A DNA stretch of 61,091 nt, filler included. It is 5 parts of 5 records of this genome, joined end to end, with 100 filler letters (N's around TTAATTAATTAA, not from the genome) between each part and the next. Parts side by side here need not be neighbours in the genome. Positions count along the whole stretch, not along the records: positions 1 to 20,370 come from SRR31147125_12877; 4 more parts are not named here. One strand, 5' to 3'. The position numbers and the translations under genes are program-made. The first letter of the stretch is position 1; every line of letters starts with the position of its first letter. Below are positions 1 to 10,566 of the stretch, one piece after another. The notes below the pieces were generated by a model. That model made no database searches. It was not told the origin of the DNA and saw only the letters and a program-made list of their open reading frames with translations.

Positions 1-703
1 TTTTTTCATCCGGGTTAATGATGATTTGACCTTTGGTCGTATCCATTAACACCATATCTTGGGGTTTTATTTTTTTTAACATTGACTTTACACCAACAAG
101 TGCTGGTATTTCTAGAGATCTTGCAAGAATCGATACATGCGATGTTTGTGTGCCTTTTTCAGTAACAAATCCTAATACTTTCGATGTATCCATATGAATT
201 GCATCACTTGGTGAAATATCTGTTGCAATAATGATCGCAGGATTTGTGCTCTGTTGATTATTTTTCTTTGAATCATTAAAACAATCTAACATCATTTGTT
301 TAACAAATCTGAAATCATCAATTCTATCCTTCATGTAACTATCTTCCATTTGTAAAAACAGTTTTTCATACTCAAGTCCAACACAATAAATAGCATATGA
401 TGCATGATATTTTTCTTGTTTAATTAATTCAACAATATCATCTTGAAAATCAGGATCTTCTAAAAAATCTAGTTGTGCATCAAATATCATAGCATGTGAA
501 GCATCTGTTTTTAGCATAGCTTTTTGTTTTGTTTCATTCAGTTCAACTTTTACATGTTGAATGGCATCATGCAATGCTGTAATCGTTTGTTTAACATCTT
601 CTACACAACTTTTTTGAGGTATAAACTGATTAGTATCAAGGATATGAACAGGACCATAAACGATACCTTCACAAACTGTCATCCCTTTTAAAATTTCATT
701 CAT
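1..703 (-). CDS. ptsI: PTS enzyme I (phosphoenolpyruvate-protein phosphotransferase), N-terminal part, cut by the window edge
   Basis: Not in the ORF track. Manual translation from ATG 703 gives MNEILKGMTVCEGIVYGPV...AMIFDAQLDFLEDP...DSYMKDRIDD...GFVTEKGTQTSHVSILARSLEIPALVG, which includes the TSH phospho-His motif. The ATG overlaps the HPr stop (ATGA). Confidence 0.93.
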   Translation of the reverse strand, partial: MNEILKGMTVCEGIVYGPVHILDTNQFIPQKSCVEDVKQTITALHDAIQHVKVELNETKQKAMLKTDASHAMIFDAQLDFLEDPDFQDDIVELIKQEKYHASYAIYCVGLEYEKLFLQMEDSYMKDRIDDFRFVKQMMLDCFNDSKKNNQQSTNPAIIIATDISPSDAIHMDTSKVLGFVTEKGTQTSHVSILARSLEIPALVGVKSMLKKIKPQDMVLMDTTKGQIIINPDEK

Positions 704-951
704 GACTTAAACACATCTATTAATGCTTCTAATGCTTCATCTTCATCTGGTCCATTTATTTCTAGGATCATCTCTTCATGTGGCTTCACATTAAGCGTAA
801 TGAGCTTAATCGAAGATTTGGCATTCACAGTCTTACCGTTATAAATCATATGGATGTCACTTTTAAATTGTTTCGCTATTTTTGCAAATTTCGATGCTGG
901 TCTAGCGTGAAGACCAATTTCATCATTGATTGTTATTTTTTGTTTTATCAT
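700..951 (-). CDS. ptsH: Phosphocarrier protein HPr
   Basis: GLHARPAS (His15) and VNAKS (Ser46) motifs, 83 aa. Confidence 0.96.
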   Translation of the reverse strand: MIKQKITINDEIGLHARPASKFAKIAKQFKSDIHMIYNGKTVNAKSSIKLITLNVKPHEEMILEINGPDEDEALEALIDVFKS

Positions 952-3623
952 ATTATGTCCTTGCCTTTTATATATATTTTTATACTATATGTTTGATATG
1001 CTTTAATCTCTTTAATAAAACATGTATCTTTATCCATCCATATATGATCATCATCGATAGTTTCTTCAATTAGATTAATGGGTTGCACTTTATCACTTGC
1101 TATCCCTAAATCAATGGATACATCATGCACATCATTTTGTGTCGGGTTATAAAGTCGAAGTATGAAAGTCTCATCAATCTCCGATTTTTTTATCGCGGAG
1201 ATAAAAATATCATGATGATTGATATTGATTAATGGAAAATCGTTTTCTCCCATCTCACCTAAATCATCATAAACTACTGATTGCAGTGAATCAATATGAT
1301 AGATTTTAAAGAAATCCTTATATTGGTCCATCATATGTGTCATTGGTACATACGATTGACAGACATGTGGCATATGAGACATTATTTCAGCTTTTTTAGT
1401 CACACTTGATTCATCAAAATGCTGATGATGTGTATATATCGCATAGTGTCCTTCGTTAATACCAAGTGATTGTGCATCTGGTGTTTCAATAGGTATACCT
1501 GATGGTCTTCCTTTTCTCACATTTAGATTTGCCTTACCTAAATATCCAACACCTCTAAATAATGTCACTGCAATCTTTTGTGGATCTTGATAGATTTCAT
1601 ATTCACTTAAATTCTCATTTAATATCGTAATACCTTGATTGTTGTCATGCACACTCACAAATTTTTGTTGTGAAAAAATAGGAAGCATTTTTTCAGTCCA
1701 TGAAGGATCTGATACTGAACTTACATCGCGTTTAATCGTCCCAAACTGTGTTTGTGCATAAGCATGTGTTGATTTAAGATTTGTTGGAAATAAAAGTCTC
1801 ATTCTATGATCAAGCGCTTGATTATTTACACGTACTTTAACATCAATGATATCCATCTCATGAAAAAGTGATAGTTGATATGTCATGTGCTGTTTAACCA
1901 TAGTTTTAGATCGTCTATTGTTTTTTAGTAATCGTTTCGGTACATCAATATCAAAAGATATATTTGCGGTATATTGATTGATATCTTTTTTAATTTTTAT
2001 GTGATAATTTTCTATATGTTTAACTTTAAATGTTTCATCTTTAATTGGTGAAAAATTATACGTGTCACCTTCATCAGCAACATCTTCAATTTCTTGACAT
2101 CTATCATATCTGATATCATGTTTTTTGTCATAAATATCAAATGTAGCATCTTGATTAAATGTGACCCGGTAATAACTGTTTTCTATATGATTGATATCTT
2201 TAATTGTTTCAACAAAGCCATTGTCAGTCTTACTTTCTATGATGTCTATGACTTTATATCCATAGTTAAAATCAAAATCTAGAGCAAAACTAATAACATA
2301 CTTCTTAATCATATATGGTTTTGCTAAATAGAGTGACCAGATACTTAAACTTGCGGCATCAACGTCTTCGATACGCTTAATAGCATATTTGATTTCTTGT
2401 TGATTTTGATCAAATAGTTTAAATGCTTTATTTTCACTTAACACTTCTGCATGAATCACTTGTCGCCCTTTAACAAAGGTATCATTAAATACCAATAGTT
2501 TTTGCAATTTATCAGATACTTTATAACTGATTGCTCGTGATTGTGCTTTGATTAAGGCATCACATATTTGATTGATTTTATGATATCGTTGATCAATTTC
2601 TTGATGCACTTCATCCGTACAACATCCGCATATACTATCATGTATTTGATTTTTCATTAGTAATTTCCATGCATCGTTGATTAACGTTTTAGGATAAATA
2701 AGTCCATTTAGCCACCCAATAACGCTGATGGGTTCTACTTTTCTTTCTAATAATTGCTGTGCATATCGATTTGCTTGTTTTTGTTTCATTCTTGTTGATG
2801 CCATAGATGTATGCACGCGGTGTGTGACAGGCTTAATAAGTTCACCTTTTATGCTATCTCTTTTTAAATGTTTAATCGATGCTATGTATGATTTAAGTGT
2901 TGTTTGTTCAACACTTAAATCCTCATCTTTCATCATTTTTGATAATTTTTGTGTATATCTTTTTGGGAATTGATGGTCAACACCATCCATCAATAACATG
3001 TGATCTTGATTAAATCTTTTACGAAAATCAGCAACTTCTTTTTTGATTCTCATATAAAAATGCTTTTCATCATCTGGTAAAAACATACCATTTGAATATC
3101 CATTAAATAACGCAATCGTCAACACTTTATCTTGTCCAATACTTTGCCAATCAAAAAAATTTTGACTAAGTTCATCAACAGGTATACCACGCATTACACA
3201 TGCATAATCAATGCCACTTTGTTTTAAAATATGTGGCATTTGAGCGCTATGACCAAATGCATCAGGTAAATATCCGATTTTCATATAGTTACCCAATTTT
3301 TTAGCCATAGTAGTACCAATCAATAAATTTCGAATCAAAGATTCTCCATCAGGATAAAATTCATCAGGTTGACTATAAAAGGGACCTATGATTAATTGAT
3401 TGTTTGCGACATATTTTTTAAATAATGCTTCTTTTTCTGGATTTAGTCTTAAATAATCTTCTATCATAACCATTTGACCATCAAGCATAAACTTATAATC
3501 TTTATCATCTTCTAATATGTGAAACAGTCTGTCAAAAAAATAATGAAGTCTGACATTAAAGTATTGGAATGGTTTATACCACTCTCTATCCCAATGTGAA
3601 TGACTTACAATAGAAGTCTTCAT
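948..3623 (-). CDS. GH38 alpha-mannosidase (MngB-like mannosylglycerate-phosphate hydrolase)
   Basis: HSHWDREWY, MLDGQ, GYLPDAFGHSAQMP and HDSICGC GH38 motifs; lies in a fructose-family PTS operon. Confidence 0.9.
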   Translation of the reverse strand: MKTSIVSHSHWDREWYKPFQYFNVRLHYFFDRLFHILEDDKDYKFMLDGQMVMIEDYLRLNPEKEALFKKYVANNQLIIGPFYSQPDEFYPDGESLIRNLLIGTTMAKKLGNYMKIGYLPDAFGHSAQMPHILKQSGIDYACVMRGIPVDELSQNFFDWQSIGQDKVLTIALFNGYSNGMFLPDDEKHFYMRIKKEVADFRKRFNQDHMLLMDGVDHQFPKRYTQKLSKMMKDEDLSVEQTTLKSYIASIKHLKRDSIKGELIKPVTHRVHTSMASTRMKQKQANRYAQQLLERKVEPISVIGWLNGLIYPKTLINDAWKLLMKNQIHDSICGCCTDEVHQEIDQRYHKINQICDALIKAQSRAISYKVSDKLQKLLVFNDTFVKGRQVIHAEVLSENKAFKLFDQNQQEIKYAIKRIEDVDAASLSIWSLYLAKPYMIKKYVISFALDFDFNYGYKVIDIIESKTDNGFVETIKDINHIENSYYRVTFNQDATFDIYDKKHDIRYDRCQEIEDVADEGDTYNFSPIKDETFKVKHIENYHIKIKKDINQYTANISFDIDVPKRLLKNNRRSKTMVKQHMTYQLSLFHEMDIIDVKVRVNNQALDHRMRLLFPTNLKSTHAYAQTQFGTIKRDVSSVSDPSWTEKMLPIFSQQKFVSVHDNNQGITILNENLSEYEIYQDPQKIAVTLFRGVGYLGKANLNVRKGRPSGIPIETPDAQSLGINEGHYAIYTHHQHFDESSVTKKAEIMSHMPHVCQSYVPMTHMMDQYKDFFKIYHIDSLQSVVYDDLGEMGENDFPLININHHDIFISAIKKSEIDETFILRLYNPTQNDVHDVSIDLGIASDKVQPINLIEETIDDDHIWMDKDTCFIKEIKAYQTYSIKIYIKGKDII

Positions 3624-3639
3624 AAACTCATCCTTTCAA

Positions 3640-4649
3640 TCACGCTTCTTTTTCTTTTAATACAACAAGTAAAGCGACTGTTACTGCAACACCCACTAAA
3701 TGTGCGACTACAAAAAATATGGCATCATAGATTGTTGGTGATCCAACAAATAGACCGATAAGTGATGGAATGACTGCAGTATTTTCTACAGTAAATATTG
3801 CAGCAGTGATCGCACCTGCCATTGAACCAGCCATCAACGCAGGTATCACTCTAAATGGATGAATAACAGCAAAAGGTATAGCACCTTCTGTCAATCCAAA
3901 GACACTCATAAACAATGCTGTTTTACCTTCTACACGCTCATCTTCATCATATTTATCTTTGAAAATGAGTGTTGCAAGACCTACAGCTAACACTGGCACA
4001 GTAATTGCAACTAATACTGGTGCAACAATGTGATCAAGCCCTTCAGTAGACGCAGCTATCGCAAACGTATATGCAACCTTATTTACAGGTCCACCCATGT
4101 CAAATGCAATCATTAATCCAAGTAATGCTGATATGAGTACCGTATTTACACCTGAAAGTGATTCTAACCAATCATATACAGCATCCATTGCACTAATTAA
4201 TGGTGTCCCAATAACAAAATATATTAGTAGACCACCAACCATAGTTGATATCATTGGAACTATAATAAATGACATTAAAATATCATTACCTTGTCCTTGT
4301 TTAAATTGTTTCGATGCTACGATTAAGGCTTTAATAATATAACCCATCAATAAACCAACAATAAGTCCACCGATGAATCCAATACCCATTTGCTCACCAA
4401 TAAGTGCAACAACAAATGTTGGAGCAAGTCCTAGTTTACCAACAATTGAAAATGCAATATATGCTGCTAAAATAGGTCCAATGAAACCACTAGCGGTCTC
4501 GCTTACTAATGTAAAGAACTCTCCTATTTCTCCTGGTGCTTGTCCAAGCACTAAAAAGAATGCATAAATAATAATGATCGGCAACATAAATGATACACCA
4601 CTCATTAAATGTTTACGTACGTCACCAAAAATCTTTCTTTCTTTTCCAT
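3640..4649 (-). CDS. PTS fructose/mannose-family EIIC; true start probably the ATG near 4649 via a frameshift
   Basis: HLMSGVSFMLP, FDMGGPVNK and TEGAIPF motifs. AGGAG plus an ATG lie upstream in another frame, and the open frame continues upstream as KIFGDVRKHL. Confidence 0.9.
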
Positions 4650-4664
4650 GTTTTTCTCCTTTTT

Positions 4665-4973
4665 TTATTTGATTAACTCAATAGCTTCTTCAAATACTTT
4701 TTGTGGTTTCTTAATTGCTTGTGTGGTTGACGAATGATATGTGATTATATCTTTAAATCTTTCACTATCAATGATTGCGACATCTGCACAATCAATAAAA
4801 ACATCAGCAGAATTAATGTCTTCTATGGTCAATTCATCTCTCACACCAACTGTACCTTGTGTTTCCACTTTAATATCATATCCTAATTTTTTTGCCATCT
4901 TTTTTAATGATTTAGCTGCCATATATGTATGGGCCATCCCTACAGGACATGATGTAATTGCTATTATTTTCAT
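4665..4973 (-). CDS. PTS fructose-family EIIB
   Basis: AITSCPVGMAHTYMAA and KVETQG motifs. Confidence 0.95.
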   Translation of the reverse strand: MKIIAITSCPVGMAHTYMAAKSLKKMAKKLGYDIKVETQGTVGVRDELTIEDINSADVFIDCADVAIIDSERFKDIITYHSSTTQAIKKPQKVFEEAIELIK

Positions 4974-4976
4974 GTT

Positions 4977-5435
4977 TTATCCTCCTATCATTTCTATCAT
5001 TTTATGTCTAAGTTGTAATGGATCTTGATTGTTTTCTAAGAATATCATAAACTCATCTTCTAATAATAATTCTGCAATTTTGGCAATAAGTTCTAAATGT
5101 GTAACATCTTGATCGTCTTGTGATGCAGCTAACATAAACACATATTTAACTTTTTCACCGTCTTTATCCCATTCAATAGGTTTTTGTAATTTTATAATCG
5201 CAACCGTTGATTTTTTTACAACTTTGCTATGACTATGTGGAATAGCAACACCAATATCCATATTGGTTGATGATTCCAATTCTCTTTCTATTAAATCTTG
5301 ATAAAACTTGGATTTATCACTAATGCTATGCGTCTTGCTTACCATTTTTGCTAGTCTTCTTAAAACATCATCTTTATCAGTCAATGCACATGATAAATCG
5401 ATATGTTCTACGTTTAATAACTGATTAATTTTCAT
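4977..5435 (-). CDS. PTS fructose-family EIIA
   Basis: RE...T...GVAIPH motif and HLELIAKIA. Confidence 0.93.
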   Translation of the reverse strand: MKINQLLNVEHIDLSCALTDKDDVLRRLAKMVSKTHSISDKSKFYQDLIERELESSTNMDIGVAIPHSHSKVVKKSTVAIIKLQKPIEWDKDGEKVKYVFMLAASQDDQDVTHLELIAKIAELLLEDEFMIFLENNQDPLQLRHKMIEMIGG

Positions 5436-7266
5436 TTTTCATCCTCACTTGGTTTAATATTTCAATAAATTCATAATAATTGTTTGCTTTTAGGAGTTGA
5501 TCAATTAATGGTTTATGTTCAATGATTTCATAGAGTTTATAAAACATTTCTTCAATATGTTTTTCCTTTGGATTTTTAATATTTAATAAAAATACTAATT
5601 GTACCCTATGTTCAAACCACATCATTGGTTTATCTAATATCGCAATCGCAATCACATTTTCACCTGGCATATCATCAATTGCATGTGGTATAGCGACGAA
5701 ATGATGTAGATATGTTGATGATAAACCTTCTCTTTTAATCACTGAACCTAAAAAGTCTTTTGAGACAGTTTGTACTTGATTTAATTTCTGACATAGAAAT
5801 TGAATGATTTCAAATGGATTATCAATGGATAATTTGGGGAAAAACAGTGATTCTTTAAAGTGATTCGTTAATTTAAAATGTGTTTCAAACTTATCATTTG
5901 ATCGTTTGAGATAGGTTTTAAGTTTTAACGCATCATATGACTTAAAGTTAGGATTTACAACAATAACTTTATCACTTGCTAAAGATAATGTTTTTGTCGA
6001 TATAATGATATCAACTTCACGTTCATCAAATGATGATAGTTGATAATCAGCGATGATATGCTGTAGTTTTAGATGTTTAAATTGTGCGGATAGTTTTGTT
6101 ACTAAAAATTGATTTTGATACATGTCTAAATGTGAGACAAGTATATATTTTTTATCATGGGATAACATCTCATATTCATCTTCTATCATTGATTCTTGAA
6201 TGGTATAAACCATGCGATGTAAGTGGTATTTAGATAAATGTTTGTGGTCATGTTGCGATAATATATTTAATATATAAAGTGCAATTTCAAATGCAACCGG
6301 ATAAAGTTTTTTTACTTCTTCAATCTCTTTTTGCGTGATATAACCTTGGCTTTGATAAATAAGCTCAATCTTGTTTAAAAATTCTTTATCAAAATGCATA
6401 TCAAAGGTTTGATTTAAATGATTTATAAGCGATTTATCTTCTGATAATGGCAGCTTATATTTTTGTAGCGACTCATCAAATAGCACTTGAAGCTTAGATA
6501 TCATCATATCTAAAGTGTAATCATCGATTTGATATGTGGCTTTTAGTTTTTTATGTAGTCTTAGATAAAATGGTAATTGTAAAAGGCTTCTATGCGCTTC
6601 TGTTAGTGCATAGCCTTGGAGTTCGCGATATAGATGTGTCGTTAAAACAGTTCCCATCCGATTAAGCCTTTGTTGACTAACATATATATCACATGTGTCT
6701 AATAAATCACGTATGATGTGATCCACATTGTGTAAGATATCTTGAAAATCTTGATGTATCATTTGATGTGTTAACACAAAATCAATCATTCCATCTCTTA
6801 AATCAGACTCTTTGTAATCTACAATCACATCATCTTGAATCATGAGTTTCATATCATATGTTTTAAATTCTTCATTGATTTTTCTTATATCTCTTTTTAT
6901 TGTTGATTCACTGACACAAAGTTTTTCAGATAACAAATCCAATTTTAGCTGTTCTTGATTAAGAAATAATTCTTGCTTAATAAATTCCAATCTTTCTATA
7001 GGATCAATTGGTTTATCATAGGATATTTTTGTATTAACAATCTTTTTAATGTGATCAATATAATTTGCATGAAGTTGATACCCTTTTCCTTGAATGGTCA
7101 TAATCGCATGCTCACCTTTAAAAAAGGTCATATTAAACGCTTTAATGTCTTGTCTAATTGTACGTGTTGTGACACCGAGTAATTTAGAAAAATATTGACT
7201 TGTTAAGACTTGTTTCGTTTCTAATAATTCAATGAGTATACGTTGAATTCTTGGGTTTGTGACCAT
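5425..7266 (-). CDS. PRD/EIIB/EIIA-containing transcriptional regulator (BglG/MtlR/ManR/LicR type)
   Basis: HTH (LGVTTRTIRQDI), Mga-like HTH (VSESTIKRDI), EIIB-like DIIIST and C-terminal EIIA (RE..SST...VAIPH). Confidence 0.9.
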   Translation of the reverse strand: MVTNPRIQRILIELLETKQVLTSQYFSKLLGVTTRTIRQDIKAFNMTFFKGEHAIMTIQGKGYQLHANYIDHIKKIVNTKISYDKPIDPIERLEFIKQELFLNQEQLKLDLLSEKLCVSESTIKRDIRKINEEFKTYDMKLMIQDDVIVDYKESDLRDGMIDFVLTHQMIHQDFQDILHNVDHIIRDLLDTCDIYVSQQRLNRMGTVLTTHLYRELQGYALTEAHRSLLQLPFYLRLHKKLKATYQIDDYTLDMMISKLQVLFDESLQKYKLPLSEDKSLINHLNQTFDMHFDKEFLNKIELIYQSQGYITQKEIEEVKKLYPVAFEIALYILNILSQHDHKHLSKYHLHRMVYTIQESMIEDEYEMLSHDKKYILVSHLDMYQNQFLVTKLSAQFKHLKLQHIIADYQLSSFDEREVDIIISTKTLSLASDKVIVVNPNFKSYDALKLKTYLKRSNDKFETHFKLTNHFKESLFFPKLSIDNPFEIIQFLCQKLNQVQTVSKDFLGSVIKREGLSSTYLHHFVAIPHAIDDMPGENVIAIAILDKPMMWFEHRVQLVFLLNIKNPKEKHIEEMFYKLYEIIEHKPLIDQLLKANNYYEFIEILNQVRMKNEN

Positions 7267-7290
7267 AGGATACCTCTTTCTTATACTTCT

Positions 7291-7319
7291 ATTATATAAT
7301 TAAGCGCTTACATTGTAAA
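7291..7319 (-). promoter_or_regulatory. sigma-A promoter of the PTS operon with a cre/LacI-like palindrome in the spacer
   Basis: TTTACA-N17-TATAAT. The spacer contains TGTAAGCGCTTA, with the perfect palindrome TAAGCGCTTA at 7301-7310. Confidence 0.75.
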
Positions 7320-7327
7320 AGCATTAT

Positions 7328-7350
7328 ATTTCCTATCTATTCAAGGAAAT
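7328..7350. promoter_or_regulatory. Inverted repeat, candidate PRD-activator binding site
   Basis: ATTTCCT-N9-AGGAAAT just upstream of the -35. It resembles the TTTCC..GGAAA sites of LicR/ManR-type activators. Confidence 0.55.
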
Positions 7351-7380
7351 GTGATTTAATGATGCTAGGAAATATATCAT

Positions 7381-7419
7381 AACAAAAAAGCCATTTTCAA
7401 TAGAAACTTGGCTTTTGTT
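7381..7419 (-). terminator. Rho-independent terminator after tetR
   Basis: AAAAGCCA...TGGCTTTT stem with a T-run on the minus strand. Confidence 0.6.
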
Positions 7420-7440
7420 ATTTATATCCTGTTTATGTAT

Positions 7441-8076
7441 TTATAGAGGTTGTTTTTGTTTCGTTCCTTCTAACAATATTTTACAATAATCATAGAGATG
7501 TTTGTCTGAAATACCTGTTTCTCTTTCAATGATATCTCCTCTAAAAATAATTCTTGAGACAACTCCCATGAGAGATTGAGCAATTAATGCAATGAAAATC
7601 TCAGGTGAGAGTCCTTTGAAATCAATGCTATCGTCATGATTTGTTATTAAGTCTTGGACAACCTGTGCATATCTTCCTGTTGTCATGATTTCAATCAATC
7701 CTTGTGTATTAGATTCTTTCGTAAAATAATAATCATAGTGTACTAAATATTTTACATCTTCTCTATTTTCTAACAGATGATCAAGCGTATCAAATATTAA
7801 ATATGTCATTTTTTCATAATTAGTTTTATACTTATCTACATTTATGTCATGCTCTTTTGCATTTAAATGCTTTAAAACTTCAACATATATGTATTTTGCC
7901 AGAACTTCCTTGTTTTCAAAATAATTATAGATTGTTTTTCTTCCCATTTTACAAGTTTCTGCGATATCCATCATCGTTGTTTCTGATATCCCTTTTTCTA
8001 TAAATAAAATTTTAGCAGTTTGAACAATCGTTTTTCTATTTTTAATTTTTGTGCGACTTTCCATGTTAATATGCAC
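7441..8076 (-). CDS. TetR/AcrR family regulator
   Basis: AKILFIEKGISETTMMDIAETCKMGRKTIYNYFENKE HTH. Confidence 0.92.
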   Translation of the reverse strand: MHINMESRTKIKNRKTIVQTAKILFIEKGISETTMMDIAETCKMGRKTIYNYFENKEVLAKYIYVEVLKHLNAKEHDINVDKYKTNYEKMTYLIFDTLDHLLENREDVKYLVHYDYYFTKESNTQGLIEIMTTGRYAQVVQDLITNHDDSIDFKGLSPEIFIALIAQSLMGVVSRIIFRGDIIERETGISDKHLYDYCKILLEGTKQKQPL

Positions 8077-8245
8077 CTACTCCCATTTCGTCTATTTAAT
8101 ATTTTATCATAATTATATAAAATATTGACCCTGTTGTGAATAATACTCAATGTACAGTTGAAATATGCGTAAAATCTATTTACCGCTTATGATGATTTGT
8201 ATCTAGATATATAATTATGTTATATTTATAACATAGTTCTAAAAC

Positions 8246-9373
8246 ATGAATAATGAAGAAGGTAGCCATATGTACATCAAGAAAGTTGAAACAAACAAAG
8301 ACTTAAAGACATTTATATATTTTACAAAGAGCCTTTATAAAGACGACCCCTATTATATTCCACCCATTTATATGATACTAAAAAATGAATTAAAAAACCT
8401 TGTATTAAAGGATAAAACATACGTCGCATTGCTCGCATACCATCATGATAAAGTTGTAGGCCGTATTTTATATACCTTTGATGATAGTAAGCACAAAGGA
8501 ATGAAAGTTTGTTATTTCTCAATGTTTGAAGTTATTGATGATATCGAAGTAACAAAAGCATTATTTAATCAATTACATGATGACATGCAAACATATAATA
8601 TCTCATATTTGGAAGGTACATTTTCTCCCTATGATCCAGATACTAGACGCGGTATACTAATCGATGGTTTTGATAGTGATCCTGCATTATTTACATCTTA
8701 TAATCATGATTATTATCAGCATCATTTTGAAACACTTGGTTTTGAAAAAGCTTTTGATACACTATTACTTGATGGTGGTTCTATTTCTGAGAAAAATATC
8801 AAGCTATTAAAAAGATTATATGGTTATACAATAAAAACACAAAAAATTACGATTGACTATATGCATATCAAGCAAATCGACAAAGAAATTGACGATATTG
8901 CTGCGATCATGAGTGAAGCTGATAGTGATGTTATTTATCAAGAATCACCCACTAAAAAACAAATATATGATGCATTTTTACAAATGAAATCATTTATTAA
9001 TCCAATGTTTGTCGTCATTGCTAGAGAACAAGATACTAAGCGCCCCATAGGTTTTGCATTTGTTTTACCTGATTTTAATGAAATTATAAAAAAAGCAAAA
9101 GGTAATATCTTATTGTTTCCATTCTTAAATAAAAAGAATACGTCTAAAGCGATTGGTAAACTTCAATATGTTGTGCCAAAATATCAGAAAAAAGGTGTGA
9201 TGGCAGCGATGTATTATATGATTATTGACCAACTATTTAAACATCAAATCCAATCGATAGATATGGGGACTATGATGGAAGACAACATTGATGCATTCCA
9301 TCATTTTAAACGATTCGGTGGACATATCAAAAAACGATTTAGAATTTATGGGAAGGATATTACACAATCATGA
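8246..9373 (+). CDS. GNAT-fold N-acyltransferase of the YghO / bacterial ceramide synthase-like family
   Basis: LYKDDPYYIPP, VVGRI, FSMFE, RGILIDGFD, YNHDYY..FE..GFEK, LPDFN and VVPKYQKKG motifs. Likely start is the ATG at 8270 (GAAGG RBS). Confidence 0.7.
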   Translation: MNNEEGSHMYIKKVETNKDLKTFIYFTKSLYKDDPYYIPPIYMILKNELKNLVLKDKTYVALLAYHHDKVVGRILYTFDDSKHKGMKVCYFSMFEVIDDIEVTKALFNQLHDDMQTYNISYLEGTFSPYDPDTRRGILIDGFDSDPALFTSYNHDYYQHHFETLGFEKAFDTLLLDGGSISEKNIKLLKRLYGYTIKTQKITIDYMHIKQIDKEIDDIAAIMSEADSDVIYQESPTKKQIYDAFLQMKSFINPMFVVIAREQDTKRPIGFAFVLPDFNEIIKKAKGNILLFPFLNKKNTSKAIGKLQYVVPKYQKKGVMAAMYYMIIDQLFKHQIQSIDMGTMMEDNIDAFHHFKRFGGHIKKRFRIYGKDITQS

Positions 9374-10554
9374 CGCTTATCTTTGAATTACTTGCTATTG
9401 TCTTATTACCCATCGTTATTCTAAAATATAAAAATTTTGTGATTACAAAATACGTAGGTGCAGTTGGAACTTCATATGTATTAGGTTTACTTCTTGCACT
9501 ATCAATCTATCTATTAAACAGATTAGGCTTAACCATCACATTAAACACTGAAGTGAGTGAAATCATTTCACATATAGCCATTACACTAGCTATTCCTTTA
9601 TTACTTATTGGTGCAAATATTAAATTTGTCACCAAATTATCAAAACAAGTTTTAATATCTTTTGCATCACTTATATTTTCTGCAGTGATTGTTGCAACCC
9701 TTGTTAATTTCTTATATGCGAGATATATTGATCATGGTTCAATAATCTCAGCGATGGCTATTGGGATGTATACAGGTGGGACACCTAATTTTAATGCCAT
9801 TGGCAAGATTTTCTTCTTAGACAATTCACTCATTGCACTTGCAAATCTATCAGATATTGTCATTGGTGGCGTATTCTATTTCTTCTTACTTATTCTTGCA
9901 AAACCTTTATTTAGCTTACTACTAAAAAAGATTAAAGGTCAATCTTATCAAATTGAAGATATAGTATTAGAAGATAACACTCAGATTGAATTAAAATCTT
10001 TTAAGTTTACTAAGCCACTATTAAAAACCATAGGTTTTAGTTTCTTAGGGGTTTTAGGAAGTGCTATCGTCGGCTTACTTGTGTGGATTATATTTGGTAT
10101 GGAAGATGGCCGAATGAATGACTTCTTAGTGCCGATCATGTTAATTGGTGTCACTGTTTATGGCATTATCTTATCCATTTTTTCTAAAATGCATGAAATT
10201 AAAGGTACACAAGTTGCTGGTCAATATATGATACTCATGTTTTCATTTTCACTCGCAGCTAGTATAGATTTCACAAATTTAACAACTGTGATTGGTCCCA
10301 TATTTATCATATTAACAATCATTACTTTTGGAACAACTATCCTTCATATGCTTTTTAATTTCTTCTTTAAAATTGATATTGATTGTGCAATTGTTACATT
10401 AACTGCTGGTATTTATGGTCCTGCATTTATTCCAGCTATAACAAAACAACTCAAAAATGAACAATTAACTGCACCAGGTCTAATTGTTGGTTCTATTGGT
10501 TATGGTATTGGTACATTTTTAGGTTATTTCTTAGGTTTATTATTTTTACTCTAA
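9370..10554 (+). CDS. DUF819 family integral membrane protein
   Basis: About 11 TM helices; GMYTGGTPNF, AGIYGPAF and GYGIGTFLG motifs. Translationally coupled (ATGA) to the GNAT. Confidence 0.8.
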   Translation: MTLIFELLAIVLLPIVILKYKNFVITKYVGAVGTSYVLGLLLALSIYLLNRLGLTITLNTEVSEIISHIAITLAIPLLLIGANIKFVTKLSKQVLISFASLIFSAVIVATLVNFLYARYIDHGSIISAMAIGMYTGGTPNFNAIGKIFFLDNSLIALANLSDIVIGGVFYFFLLILAKPLFSLLLKKIKGQSYQIEDIVLEDNTQIELKSFKFTKPLLKTIGFSFLGVLGSAIVGLLVWIIFGMEDGRMNDFLVPIMLIGVTVYGIILSIFSKMHEIKGTQVAGQYMILMFSFSLAASIDFTNLTTVIGPIFIILTIITFGTTILHMLFNFFFKIDIDCAIVTLTAGIYGPAFIPAITKQLKNEQLTAPGLIVGSIGYGIGTFLGYFLGLLFLL

Positions 10555-10566
10555 TCCATTAAAGCG

